Part shown: positions 9,425 through 19,086 of the stretch, piece by piece
How the letters are laid out: each line of letters begins with the position of its first letter
Position numbering within the stretch: the first letter of the stretch is position 1
IMG/VR virus record: IMGVR_UViG_3300042524_000351
Coordinates: 1-56,967 of that record
Direction: 5' to 3' (one strand)
Source of the DNA: a virus
Lineage: Duplodnaviria > Caudoviricetes
Length of the DNA: 56,967 bases
The notes under the pieces: generated by a model
The model's input: only the letters and a program-made list of their open reading frames with translations
Database searches by the model: none
What the model was told of the DNA's origin: nothing
Program-made: the position numbers and the translations under genes

Positions 9425-10170
9425 GGCGGTGACATCACTTCATCGGAATACACTTTCTCGTCCCACCCGCCCCGGTCGCTGGCCATCCACTCGATTTCTA
9501 TTCGGAATGCCTTCTTGGATTCCTGGGTTTGCGTGATTCCTGTGCATAGCCAGTTGCGGCCTTGGCCAAGCTCGGGCGGGTCACCATCGGGTGTGGAAAC
9601 ATTGCCGATGTCGTTGAGATCCGAGTTGTCGAGTTTGGTGTCCTGCACCCATGACTGACGCCACGTGATCTTCGGGGCGAGGTAAGAGGTTTGCCCACGG
9701 TCAAAGCGTTTGAGGATTTCCAATCCGATCTCAGAACTCACCAAGGACCGGTATGAATTGCCCTGAGCGTCCTCTTCCTTCCCTGAGCCGATGTTGCGCA
9801 ACGCCTCGCGCTCGGCATCGGGAAGGTGCTGGTAGCGATTGTGGGAAAGTAGAGGCTCTTCCGAAGTCGCAACGCCCAAGGAATAGACGGTCGTCCCCTT
9901 GTTCTTGTCGCGATTTGTCTCATCGGTCCCTGCGAAATTGCAGACCACCTCGGCGACATCGCCCTCCATGATGGTGACGGACACGCCGCTGAGCACCATG
10001 AAACTGAAATCCGGGTGTGGCGTGCCAATCGCAGGGATGTATCGGGCGAGTCCCTCGCGCTTGGCGACGTAGGTGAGCGTGCTGCTCCACTTGCCTTCGG
10101 CATCCACGCTGATTGTGGCCCCTGGCTGGAGCACCAATCCCGCTGGAATCCCGATGTGCTTGCTCTTCAC
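9421..10170 (-). CDS. Putative distal tail (Dit-position) protein
   Basis: 249 aa, immediately after tape measure. Confidence 0.55.
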   Translation of the reverse strand: MKSKHIGIPAGLVLQPGATISVDAEGKWSSTLTYVAKREGLARYIPAIGTPHPDFSFMVLSGVSVTIMEGDVAEVVCNFAGTDETNRDKNKGTTVYSLGVATSEEPLLSHNRYQHLPDAEREALRNIGSGKEEDAQGNSYRSLVSSEIGLEILKRFDRGQTSYLAPKITWRQSWVQDTKLDNSDLNDIGNVSTPDGDPPELGQGRNWLCTGITQTQESKKAFRIEIEWMASDRGGWDEKVYSDEVMSPP

Positions 10171-10185
10171 GCCACAGGGGGCGCG

Positions 10186-11934
10186 TCAACCGAATGCGGC
10201 TGCACCTGGGGCTGTCTTTGCACCCGCGATCTTCACAAGCAGTCGATTGGATTCAGATGTCAGTCGGTTGTTCTCCCGCTGTGCATCGAGCATTGATCCG
10301 CCCGAGTATCCGCCGCCGCCGATTTTTCCGAGCGAAGTGACAATCGGTTCAAAGCCCTTGGTTTGTCCGGTGCGGGCAGTGATTTCCGTGGTGGCCTTGG
10401 CCGTGTTGGCTGCCACCTGCTTGATGGTTTCCGGCTTGGGCATGGCATCACGGATCTTCTGAATGATTCCGGTCATGTTCCGCTGCAAGGCAGAGGTGTC
10501 GATAACCTCGCCCTTCGCTGCGGTGTCCTCGATGGCCTTCGCTGCTGCGGCTGCAAGACGATCCGCAAGTCCGGACGAACCCTCTGCCGTGAGTTTGTCG
10601 CCGAAATCCTCCATGCCATCGAGATCGAGACCGAAAAGCTTGCCGTCTTTCCTACTGTTATACAGGTCGCCGAAGTTGGTGTTCACGTCCTGAGCGCCGA
10701 ATCCAAGCAGTTTCTCCATGCCTGGAATCTTGAGGATCTGCTTTACCAGAAGTCCGCCGACCCACTCCATGCCTGCCGCAAGGAAATTGATGGCGGCCTC
10801 AAAGCCACGGAGGATTTGATTGTAGAACTTCACTGCCACTCCCAAGTAGAGCTTGCCGAGGTTGACCCACATGGTGCCGTCGGTGATCGCGTTCCAAAGG
10901 AATCCAACCGCAATACGAAATCCGTCGATCAGGCTGTTGACTCCTGTTAGGAAACCGAGCTTCAGCGTGGTGATGATCAGGCTGATCACCTGTCCGCTCT
11001 TGAATGCGGCAATGACAAACTGAATCGAGTCGCGCACTGCCTCGCCGACACGTTTAGCCAATGGAGCCAGCTTTTGCGACAGGGTGATCGCTTCGGTGAC
11101 CAGCGGACGAATCGCGTCATTGATGGGAGTGCCAAGTGTGAGCAGCACCTCGTTGAGGGTGTCCTTGAGTGTGGAGAATAGGCCCGAGGTTGTCTTGCTC
11201 TGGGCTTCCATCATGCCTGAAAACCTGCCGCCTTGGGAAGTGAGCGAAATGAATGCCTGTTCAATCGCCGGGAATCCGACCTTACCGGACTCCACGAGTT
11301 TCTTCACCTCTGAATCCGACACGCCGAACTGCTTGGCGAGTTCCTGGATGATCGGGATGCCTCGTCCCGTGAGCTGGTTGATGTCCTCGGCAAAGAGTCT
11401 CCCCTGGACACGAGCCTTGCCGTAGAGTTCCGCGATTTCATTGACCGGGGCCTGAATGCCGGCGGAAATGTCACCGATGCGACGCAGGGTTTCGGGCACG
11501 GTGTCGGCCGATTCGCCGAATGCGATCAACTTGCGTCCCGCGTCTGCCAACTCTGGAAATTCAAACGGTGTTTGCGCACCCAGCACACGCAGCTTGGCCA
11601 ATGTATCCTCGGCTTTGGCCGCATCACCGATGAGGGTGGTGAAGGCCACCTTGGTTTGCTCGAAGTCGGCGGCGGAATTGATCGCCTTCACTCCGATGCC
11701 GATAGCCGCAGCTCCACCCGCAAGTGCTCCGCCGATGCCCGCCTTGAGAGCGACACCGCTGAGTGCAAAGCCCTTCTGCAACGCGATTGCGCCACCTTTG
11801 CCAAGACCCGCCAGTCCGGCACCTGTGATCTTGCTCATTCGACGAGCTGATGCCGCCACCACATCACCAGCGCCCGCCATTGCCCGCCTCAATGCGGAAA
11901 TGTCGGCTCCAAGTGTGACGGTGATGGCGCTCAC
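10186..11934 (-). CDS. Tail tape measure protein
   Basis: Ala/Gly-rich; tape-measure domain motifs FEQTKVAFTTLIG, TPFEFPEL, EDINQLTGRGIPI. Confidence 0.92.
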   Translation of the reverse strand: MSAITVTLGADISALRRAMAGAGDVVAASARRMSKITGAGLAGLGKGGAIALQKGFALSGVALKAGIGGALAGGAAAIGIGVKAINSAADFEQTKVAFTTLIGDAAKAEDTLAKLRVLGAQTPFEFPELADAGRKLIAFGESADTVPETLRRIGDISAGIQAPVNEIAELYGKARVQGRLFAEDINQLTGRGIPIIQELAKQFGVSDSEVKKLVESGKVGFPAIEQAFISLTSQGGRFSGMMEAQSKTTSGLFSTLKDTLNEVLLTLGTPINDAIRPLVTEAITLSQKLAPLAKRVGEAVRDSIQFVIAAFKSGQVISLIITTLKLGFLTGVNSLIDGFRIAVGFLWNAITDGTMWVNLGKLYLGVAVKFYNQILRGFEAAINFLAAGMEWVGGLLVKQILKIPGMEKLLGFGAQDVNTNFGDLYNSRKDGKLFGLDLDGMEDFGDKLTAEGSSGLADRLAAAAAKAIEDTAAKGEVIDTSALQRNMTGIIQKIRDAMPKPETIKQVAANTAKATTEITARTGQTKGFEPIVTSLGKIGGGGYSGGSMLDAQRENNRLTSESNRLLVKIAGAKTAPGAAAFG

Positions 11935-11994
11935 GCGCTTGGGTTGGAGTCAACTACCCCATCGACTCAAAGTGTCCAGATAGGCGCCAAAGGA

Positions 11995-12363
11995 CTATTT
12001 GTAGACGGAGAGGAATGGGAGCAGGAACTTGAAATCCCCGTCTTGTTCAGGCATGGCGTAGGGCTCGTGCCAATCAATGCTGTTGTTATCCAAATAACTC
12101 CGCACGGCGTTGATTAACTGTTCCGCATCGCAGTTCGCGCCCGGAATCACAATTTCATATTCTGAATGCAGGTTGCCAGATCCTGACTCAATGCATACTT
12201 GGGAAGCGAAACCACCAATTCCAGCGTCAATCAAGGCCTGTTTCATTCCCATTACATGAGGCTCACTGAGGTCGATTCCATGCTCGTCTTCAGGATCAAT
12301 CGAAAGGGATATTTCTTGTGCGAAAGTAGTATCTGTCGGCAGTTGATCAGCTCTGAGCCTCAT
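11995..12363 (-). CDS. Acidic hypothetical protein (moron between tail chaperone and tape measure)
   Basis: Lower GC; start placed at ATG 12363 downstream of TTGACT-N17-CATCTT. Confidence 0.55.
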   Translation of the reverse strand: MRLRADQLPTDTTFAQEISLSIDPEDEHGIDLSEPHVMGMKQALIDAGIGGFASQVCIESGSGNLHSEYEIVIPGANCDAEQLINAVRSYLDNNSIDWHEPYAMPEQDGDFKFLLPFLSVYK

Positions 12364-12395
12364 GGATTGAAAGATGACTTGTGGCCCAAGGACAG

Positions 12396-12647
12396 TCAAC
12401 GCGGCATTTCATCAGGAATCCACGTTTGTCTGAGAGCTTGGAGATGGGACTTCAGGCTGGTTTCATCCTGGGTGCCATTGGACCAGCGGGTGCGGATGCC
12501 ATTGCGGCGGAACAGGCAATGTTGGTATTGGGCAAGGCGTGAGAGGGACATGAATAGGATTCTTTCCTCTGGCCATCCGGTCTCGGCGGCGATGGCAAAC
12601 ACTTGGGCGGCTAGGAACCCCGGTTCGTCGCACGGGATGGCTTTTTT
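12396..12647 (-). CDS. Tail assembly chaperone frameshift extension (gpGT-like)
   Basis: -1 frame open from slippery A-AAA-AAG (12641-12647) through FAIAAETGWPEERILFM to TGA. Confidence 0.75.
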   Translation of the reverse strand, partial: KKAIPCDEPGFLAAQVFAIAAETGWPEERILFMSLSRLAQYQHCLFRRNGIRTRWSNGTQDETSLKSHLQALRQTWIPDEMPR

Positions 12648-13030
12648 CCGCCCAACTCCGATGCGGGTTCGACCTGCGCCGCCTCCAGTTGCTTCGATTG
12701 TTCCTCCAGTCGCTTGAATGCGGTGTGGAAGTCAAACGGCGTGAAGTCGCCGCAGTAGATCAATGCCTCCTCGCGGAAGCGGTGATCATCGAATGAGGCT
12801 CGCACGACATCCGGCCACGGGGCGCAGTGAACAAAGACGAAGCCCATGAGCGCGGAGGTAAATTCCGGTGTGCCTTCCTCGGGCATCTCACCCTTCACCA
12901 GTGGGTTATTGGTTCGCAGTAGCACGTCATAGCTCGCCAGTGAAAGCGGGCGCATCAGGCTGTTGCCGATCATCGTCTCCACATCAGCGAATGCGGCGGA
13001 CTGGAGTTGTTGTCGTTTTGGATCGTTCAT
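12611..13030 (-). CDS. Tail assembly chaperone (gpG-like)
   Basis: Between tail tube and tape measure; GGA AAA AAG slippery site near 3' end. Confidence 0.75.
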   Translation of the reverse strand: MNDPKRQQLQSAAFADVETMIGNSLMRPLSLASYDVLLRTNNPLVKGEMPEEGTPEFTSALMGFVFVHCAPWPDVVRASFDDHRFREEALIYCGDFTPFDFHTAFKRLEEQSKQLEAAQVEPASELGGKKPSRATNRGS

Positions 13031-13034
13031 GGCT

Positions 13035-13436
13035 TCAGAGGTGACGGAGGAAGAAATCTTCGGTGCGCGGCGAAGCATTGAGGGGAAGGAGGGCGATTTT
13101 GCCCCGGCGCTTCACACAGGCGAGCGGCACGTCCTGCTTCACCTTATCGACCAGACGCTCGCGGTTGAGCAGGGCACACTTGATGTAGGCGAACGGGTGC
13201 TCTGGATTGGAGACGTGCCATGCATCGTCGTTCCATGCAGCGATCATGTCCTTGGTCTGGAATTTGCCATCGGGACTCTGTGGCTCGAAGAACCAGACAA
13301 AGCGTTCGCCACGAATGCCATCGCCGACGACGCGGACGAATGGTTTTTCGGCAAGGTCGATGCCGATGGCGGTCAGTGCAGCGGCCAGACAGGTGTTGCT
13401 GGTCGCGGTGGAGGAAAGATGGGATACGGCGTTCAT
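13035..13436 (-). CDS. Hypothetical phage protein
   Basis: 133 aa ORF within tail operon. Confidence 0.6.
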   Translation of the reverse strand: MNAVSHLSSTATSNTCLAAALTAIGIDLAEKPFVRVVGDGIRGERFVWFFEPQSPDGKFQTKDMIAAWNDDAWHVSNPEHPFAYIKCALLNRERLVDKVKQDVPLACVKRRGKIALLPLNASPRTEDFFLRHL

Positions 13437-13461
13437 GGATGGATCTCAGGTTGGAAGGGGA

Positions 13462-13833
13462 TCAGGAACCCGTGACGTGCGGGTAGTGCTTGGCGGTGAC
13501 GTCAATCTTCTCGAAGTCCTCGTTGTTGAGGCTGCGGCTGATTTGCGTGATGATCGTCATCCCGCCGCTCTGGTTGAGGTGCGCAGGCACGGTGTTGGAC
13601 AAGGTGAGCGCGACGCCGATTTTGCCGTTGAACGGCGAATCCTTGGCGACGAGGCCCGAGAGTTTGATCTCGGCCATTTCCTGGTAGAGCGACAGGCCGA
13701 TGATTTCTCCGCCCTTGTCGAGAACGGTCTTCTCCTGGTTCGAGAAGTCGAAAGACAAGTCGGTGATCAAGATGCCGGATTCATCCCCGGGGATTCCCCA
13801 GTTTCCGGTTTTGCCAAGGAGCGATGCGGCCAT
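13462..13833 (-). CDS. Putative major tail (tube) protein
   Basis: 123 aa, predicted beta-rich, between tail terminator and chaperone; preceded by GTTGACA motif. Confidence 0.6.
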   Translation of the reverse strand: MAASLLGKTGNWGIPGDESGILITDLSFDFSNQEKTVLDKGGEIIGLSLYQEMAEIKLSGLVAKDSPFNGKIGVALTLSNTVPAHLNQSGGMTIITQISRSLNNEDFEKIDVTAKHYPHVTGS

Positions 13834-13863
13834 TTGCTCCCGGTTGGGATGTCAACCGCCAGA

Positions 13864-14289
13864 TCACACCGCTGAAACCACCGGCTCGTAACTGATGACC
13901 GTCTCGCGGCCACGAGTCTCGTCGGGCACGGTCGAGGAATCGCGAAGCAACAGGTCGTGCAGGCAGAAGGTTTCCGAATCGAGGGCGGCCTTGATCGTTT
14001 GAATTCCGGCGAGAACATTCACCAGAGCGACGGCCCAGTTGGCGTGATCGGTGATCGGTGTGTCATCGACCTGAGTGAACAGGTGAATGTCGAGCTTTAG
14101 CCTAGCCGTGTGGCGCATGGCTGGGATTGGCTTCGTTTCCGAAGTCGCCAGCACGATGCACGGGCGGGAGCGAAGTTCGTCCCTGTTAGCGACTTGAATG
14201 GTAACGGATACAGGAATCTCCGCTGGCCGATTGTCGTTGAGCCATGCGGCGAGTTTGGAAGTAAGTGCGTCTTCGATCAGGGTGGACAT
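13864..14289 (-). CDS. Putative tail terminator / completion protein
   Basis: Synteny and size; start placed at ATG 14289 (MSTLIED), 15 nt after TTGACT. Confidence 0.55.
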   Translation of the reverse strand: MSTLIEDALTSKLAAWLNDNRPAEIPVSVTIQVANRDELRSRPCIVLATSETKPIPAMRHTARLKLDIHLFTQVDDTPITDHANWAVALVNVLAGIQTIKAALDSETFCLHDLLLRDSSTVPDETRGRETVISYEPVVSAV

Positions 14290-14306
14290 CTGATCGTTGA
14301 ATGAAG

Positions 14307-15095
14307 TCAACCCGCACGCCTTCTGAGTGACCGATCCACCCGCTCATTGATCTTCCTCACCGAAGTCACCAGAGCCTTGCGGAGTTTTCCTGAGGCCACA
14401 TTGAGAGCGATCCTGATGCCGGTGTAGCTCAGCACATCGTCCATGTAGTCAAGGCGGCTGATGAGGGTGACGGATGGCCTGGTGCCGGTCTTGATCGTGG
14501 CACTGCCGGGTGCCTTGCGATGACGAGATGCCCATTGAGCAGCGCCCCGCACCCGTCCGCCAATCGACTTGGCCGCATTGATCCACGTGCCCTTCGCAAA
14601 GCCGACCCGCTTCTGGATCCGCTGGATGTAGGTTTCCCGGGTCTTGGGGCTATTGACGATCTGCTTCGGCATTCTGCCGCCGAACTTGCCCCATCCGTGA
14701 AGATTCGGATCGAGACGGCCGACAGTGAGATCACTCCATGCCGATCCTGAAGATCGAAGCGCGGTTTGCGCTCTTGAAAATCGGCGGTTCTGAATGTTGG
14801 CCCAGAATCGATCTGCGGCATTTGGATCAGACTTGCGGATTTCCTCGAAAGCATCGGACGGCAAGGCGAACACGCTACCGATGTCCTTGGCCACGGCTCT
14901 CTCGCCGTGTTTCCGCGCCTTTTCTGAAAACCCGTGCGGACGGGTGCAACGTGCCAATTCCACTGCCAGCCCCCGTGCCTCCTGTTTCACCAGCGACTCA
15001 AGGGTGCGTCCAATTTTCTCCGGATGCCTTTTGAGCAACCGGATTACCTCACTGGTGCCCTGCATCTTGGCTGTAAATCGGATTTCATCACTCAT
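14307..15095 (-). CDS. Putative neck / tail completion protein
   Basis: Very basic 262 aa protein following the head closure gene. Confidence 0.55.
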   Translation of the reverse strand: MSDEIRFTAKMQGTSEVIRLLKRHPEKIGRTLESLVKQEARGLAVELARCTRPHGFSEKARKHGERAVAKDIGSVFALPSDAFEEIRKSDPNAADRFWANIQNRRFSRAQTALRSSGSAWSDLTVGRLDPNLHGWGKFGGRMPKQIVNSPKTRETYIQRIQKRVGFAKGTWINAAKSIGGRVRGAAQWASRHRKAPGSATIKTGTRPSVTLISRLDYMDDVLSYTGIRIALNVASGKLRKALVTSVRKINERVDRSLRRRAG

Positions 15096-15399
15096 CGGTG
15101 CTGGTCAGGCTGAGGGTGAGAATGGGGGAGCGAGGATGGAGACCGACCTTGCAAATTCGGTAGTCCGTCCCATCCAACTGAATGCGTTCGCCGAACTTCG
15201 GCAACTCGGCTGGAAAAGATGATTTCAACACACGCAGGCTCAGTTCGGGCGATTCCACAAAACCACCGATCTCAATTTGCTGGTCGCTGCGCACACGGCT
15301 GACAAGCACGTGCAATGGCGTGTTTTTCCAAATCGCCTGAGTTCCATGCTCGGCCAGCAAATGGTTGAAGTCCCTGAGGATTTCGGAATCGAGGCTCAT
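15088..15399 (-). CDS. Head-tail joining protein (gpFII-like)
   Basis: 103 aa, PKFGERIQLDGTDYRI motif, follows capsid. Confidence 0.65.
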   Translation of the reverse strand: MSLDSEILRDFNHLLAEHGTQAIWKNTPLHVLVSRVRSDQQIEIGGFVESPELSLRVLKSSFPAELPKFGERIQLDGTDYRICKVGLHPRSPILTLSLTSTDE

Positions 15400-15420
15400 G
15401 CCCTCGTCACGTTGTCAATG

Positions 15421-15457
15421 AAACGCCCCCTCCCGGTTTTCCAGGAGAGGGCGTTCG
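15421..15457 (-). terminator. Hairpin after major capsid gene
   Basis: AACGCCCTCTCC...GGAGGGGGCGTT stem on minus strand with a short T tract. Confidence 0.5.
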
Positions 15458-15479
15458 ATGAACCACAACCAAGGATGGG

Positions 15480-16379
15480 TTAGGGGGTGGGCTTGACGAT
15501 GCGCTCGATGACAGGGGCACTGCCTTTGGCGAAACCATACATGAGCGTGAAGCTTACCTCCTGCTTGCCAAGACGGCCGTCGTAGCGGTCGCGAACTTGC
15601 ACGGAGAGTCCAGTGCGCGGGTCGGTGACCACACGGATCACGGTGTCGCCGGTGTTGGCAGGCACGTCCGGCACACGAGCGGCCATGATGAGGCCCTCGC
15701 GGATACCTGCAAAGCCGACTAGGTTCTCGGCGTTTTCGGGAAGTGCCGAGTATTCGATGACGGCGAAACCGTTCACGTCCGGCAGCATGCCGCTGACCAC
15801 CACGTTACTGGCGGCCGGGGTGATGTATGCCTTGTAAAGTGCCTCGTCCTTCTGGAGCGCGTTGTAGTAGTCCGAGTTCACGAACATGAAGCGGCCCATG
15901 TCGGGGATGAAGCGCTTGTTGAGCTTGGTGCCGATGTCCACCACCGAGTCACGTCCGAAGGTGGCTTGAGCTACCTCGGTTTCGTTGGTGAAGTTCGCGG
16001 CGATAATGAGTGCCATCAGATCATCGCACACCTTGCGACCGAGGGCGTAGGCCACCTTGTCGGCATAGCGTTGGTTGAGATCGATTTCACTGGTGGAACG
16101 CTCGACATCGGTGATCGAGTAACCCGCGTATGCGTGCTTGTCGATTTTCACAGTGACATCGACTTGCGCTTGGTCGTCGGGGACGTAACCGGTGGCAGGG
16201 TCGAAGTCATGCGCCACGGTTGGCGTGACGATGTGGGTGACGATGTCCTGGTTGAACTTCACGCTGGAGGACGAAAAGTCCGTGGCGATGCGGCTCAGGA
16301 TCGGGAACTTCGCGAGCAGGGTGTTGAGCGCTGTTTGGGCGATCAGCGGGGAATTAACGGTGGCGTTGCTGTTGGACAT
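15480..16379 (-). CDS. Major capsid protein
   Basis: 299 aa after protease/scaffold; VTVKIDKHAY, ALGRKVCDDL, IPDMGRFMFV pattern typical of HK97-fold coats. Confidence 0.8.
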   Translation of the reverse strand: MSNSNATVNSPLIAQTALNTLLAKFPILSRIATDFSSSSVKFNQDIVTHIVTPTVAHDFDPATGYVPDDQAQVDVTVKIDKHAYAGYSITDVERSTSEIDLNQRYADKVAYALGRKVCDDLMALIIAANFTNETEVAQATFGRDSVVDIGTKLNKRFIPDMGRFMFVNSDYYNALQKDEALYKAYITPAASNVVVSGMLPDVNGFAVIEYSALPENAENLVGFAGIREGLIMAARVPDVPANTGDTVIRVVTDPRTGLSVQVRDRYDGRLGKQEVSFTLMYGFAKGSAPVIERIVKPTP

Positions 16380-16385
16380 GGCGGC

Positions 16386-16850
16386 TTAGCGGTTGAAGTG
16401 GGAAGCGAGGTGTTGGTGATAGAAGGCGGCGGCTTCGTCGGGCTTGTTGGCGTTCACGAGGCGCGTGTATTCGGCGACGAGGTCTTGAAGCGAAGTGGCC
16501 TGGGTGACGGTGGCTTGGTTGTCCCCGGCAGGAGTGACACGGGCTGGCATCGTGGTGCCGGTGGAGGCGACGACTCGGGCGACTTCGGTTTGCAGTCGCT
16601 TGTCGAAATCGGACTGCGACGCATTGAGTTCCGTGATGCGGGCTTGCAGTGTGGAAACTTGCTCCGTGGCCGAATCGCGTTCGCCGGTCAGCGTTTCGAG
16701 TTGGGCGGAAAGCGTTTCCACTTCGCCGCGCAGCGAATCCGTGGTGACGGATGCTTCGTTGAGCAGTTCGGTCTGGGCTTGGTGGTCCCGCGTGAGTTTT
16801 TCAACCTGGGTGCGGGCTTCGGCGAGTTCGTCTTCGATGGCGGTGTTCAT
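16386..16850 (-). CDS. Nested in-frame scaffolding protein (Nu3-like)
   Basis: Internal ATG (MNTAIEDEL) at start of coiled coil, 14 nt after GTTGACA. Confidence 0.6.
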   Translation of the reverse strand: MNTAIEDELAEARTQVEKLTRDHQAQTELLNEASVTTDSLRGEVETLSAQLETLTGERDSATEQVSTLQARITELNASQSDFDKRLQTEVARVVASTGTTMPARVTPAGDNQATVTQATSLQDLVAEYTRLVNANKPDEAAAFYHQHLASHFNR

Positions 16851-17669
16851 CGCCCGTGATGCCGTGTCAACCGACGCGTGATAGACACGGAGCCGACGCA
16901 TGGCATCGGCACGATCCGGGACCATACCCGCGAGGTTGTGGCGCTGGGCCTGCTTGCCACTGAAGGTCTGTCCTTCCATGGCCTCGGCGGGGATCGCACG
17001 ACCCTTCGCCAAAACCGCTGCATGAAACTCCCCGGCGATTTCGGCGAGGTTGGAAGAGATCAGTTCGCGCTGGTCGTCGGTGAGCGGGGTGCCGGGTGCG
17101 CCCATCGCCTTGTATTTGCCGACGGAAAAGACTTCGACCTTGATGCCCGCCTTGTCGAGAGCCGCACTGTTGTCGAGCACCGCCTGCACGACGCCGATGG
17201 AACCAACCTGTGCGGATGGCGTTGCGTAGATAGCTCGGGCCTGGCTTGCCACCCAGTAGGCAGCGGAGCACATGAGGCCGGACGAGAAAGCATAGACAGG
17301 CTTTTTCTTGTCGAGAGCAGCGACGGCATTTGCGAGTTCCGGAGTGCCGGCCACTGTGCCACCAGGGGAGTCGATGTTGAGAAACACCGCCTTGATGTCA
17401 TCGCGTCCTGACGCCTCACGAATCGCATCGCCAATGTCCTCGGAGCTGGTCGCGCCGAAGAAAATTCGGGCGAACAAATCTGGCTTGCGAAGAATTGGGC
17501 CTTCGATAGCGACTACGCCGATGCCGTCCTCGACGGAAAGAAGCGAACTTTCTGAAGCCTGCTTTGGAAGCATTCCGCCTCGATCCACAAGCCCCCGCAG
17601 AGAAGCGGCCATGGATTGCAGGGCATCAGGTTGGATCAACCATTCACGGGTTTGCAGGAGCGGATTCAC
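16386..17669 (-). CDS. S49 family head maturation protease with C-terminal coiled-coil scaffold
   Basis: IDSPGG, CSAAYW, GSIGV motifs; coiled-coil C-terminus. Confidence 0.92.
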   Translation of the reverse strand: MNPLLQTREWLIQPDALQSMAASLRGLVDRGGMLPKQASESSLLSVEDGIGVVAIEGPILRKPDLFARIFFGATSSEDIGDAIREASGRDDIKAVFLNIDSPGGTVAGTPELANAVAALDKKKPVYAFSSGLMCSAAYWVASQARAIYATPSAQVGSIGVVQAVLDNSAALDKAGIKVEVFSVGKYKAMGAPGTPLTDDQRELISSNLAEIAGEFHAAVLAKGRAIPAEAMEGQTFSGKQAQRHNLAGMVPDRADAMRRLRVYHASVDTASRAMNTAIEDELAEARTQVEKLTRDHQAQTELLNEASVTTDSLRGEVETLSAQLETLTGERDSATEQVSTLQARITELNASQSDFDKRLQTEVARVVASTGTTMPARVTPAGDNQATVTQATSLQDLVAEYTRLVNANKPDEAAAFYHQHLASHFNR

Positions 17670-19086
17670 TTCCCGTCAGTGGTGTCAACGAGCCACCCGA
17701 CGGCTTCCAAAGCATCTCGACTGGCACGCCGTGTTTTTCGGCGGTTTCGAGAATGAGCTTCGCGTCACTGGCGCGGCGTTCGATTTCCTCACCAAAGTCG
17801 GCACCGAGTTCCTGAAAGTGGTCTGATAGAGTCTTGAGTCCCATCTCCACGTCGGCGCGGTTCTGTTGGGCTTCGCGTCCGGCGTCCACGGTCACACGCT
17901 TTGGGGGAACGGAAGAAATCTTCCACCATCCTTCGATGGCTGGTAGGATTCCACGGCTGATTGCGTCGCCAATCACGTAGGCCCACACCGGGCGGATCAG
18001 TCGGCGTTCGAGAATCATCTGGCGGAATGAAAATCGACGGTCAGCCTTGGCGACGATCAATCTAACACCTGCGCCACCGATCTTGCTCGAATCCGCCGCG
18101 AACTCGAAAGGGATCATGCCGAGCGCGGAGTCACGCCGCAGGTGTTCTAGGAAACCTGTGAATGTTGGCGATGGGCGGTTGGACTGGAAGCTGTCGAGTG
18201 ATTCATCTGGTTTGAGAGCCACCAATTTGCCGCCGACGATCTTTTGGAGCGAAACCGGATCGCTAGGTTCGCCCGCGCCTGTTCCGGCTCCGACCACGAA
18301 GTCACCGTTGTCGTCCAGTTCGCCGCGTGCAGTTTTGAGGATGCGCGACACGTCGGCATTGTCCTTCACCGCATGCTTTTCCAACGCGAGAAGTTCCATT
18401 TCATCGAGGACGTGATTGATGGAATGCTGGATTGTCGGATGCGCTCGCACACCGCCCGCCCATTCAGGTTCGTGGACGTGGAGGATGGAATCAGCAGGCA
18501 TGTCGCGGGATTTGCCGTTGTCTTCGATCACACGATAGAAAATGGGAGCGCCAAACGGATCCAGTCCCACGCCATCCACGGTTTCTTGAGAGCCGTATAG
18601 GTCGCCGATGCGGTGGCTTTCGAGCAACTGGATGCGCGGCTCTCCGTCGCGGTCGCGGGTCTTGTGAATGAAATACTCGCCGTCGATGTCCATGCCCCGG
18701 CAGACGAGTGCCTGGCATTCCTCGAATGAGAATCGCCGGGTGATTTCGCAGCGGGCCGACCAGAGAGCGAAATACGCCTCGGCAGAGCGGTTCCACTCGG
18801 GTTCGTGTGATTGCGCCTGCACGCGGATGCCGTCGCCGGTCGAGTAAATCGCCATGTTGGCGACCAGCTCTCGAACGAACCCCGAGTTCTTGTGCATGTA
18901 GCGCGACTTGCGAACCAGTTCGGTGCGCACCGAAGAAGTGAGTTCATTGCGCGAGTCGGTCGGTGCGGCACCTGGAACCGATCCGCGACGCGGCGACCAG
19001 TTGGCTGCTTCAAACGGCGAACCCCATGCTTTCGGAATAAGCACCGGTGGCAGAAAGAGGCGGGCTATGGATTGGAGACGGTTCAC
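17644..19086 (-). CDS. Portal protein, lambda family
   Basis: Between gpW-like gene and S49 protease; VDAGREAQ and LGADFGEEI C-terminal motifs; GTG start overlaps upstream stop. Confidence 0.88.
   Translation of the reverse strand: MNRLQSIARLFLPPVLIPKAWGSPFEAANWSPRRGSVPGAAPTDSRNELTSSVRTELVRKSRYMHKNSGFVRELVANMAIYSTGDGIRVQAQSHEPEWNRSAEAYFALWSARCEITRRFSFEECQALVCRGMDIDGEYFIHKTRDRDGEPRIQLLESHRIGDLYGSQETVDGVGLDPFGAPIFYRVIEDNGKSRDMPADSILHVHEPEWAGGVRAHPTIQHSINHVLDEMELLALEKHAVKDNADVSRILKTARGELDDNGDFVVGAGTGAGEPSDPVSLQKIVGGKLVALKPDESLDSFQSNRPSPTFTGFLEHLRRDSALGMIPFEFAADSSKIGGAGVRLIVAKADRRFSFRQMILERRLIRPVWAYVIGDAISRGILPAIEGWWKISSVPPKRVTVDAGREAQQNRADVEMGLKTLSDHFQELGADFGEEIERRASDAKLILETAEKHGVPVEMLWKPSGGSLTPLTGSESAPANP

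Noticed and set aside
15966-16859. 297-aa plus-strand ORF and similar long antisense ORFs
   Set aside because: Shadows of capsid, protease and other genes, expected in GC-rich coding DNA; no motifs
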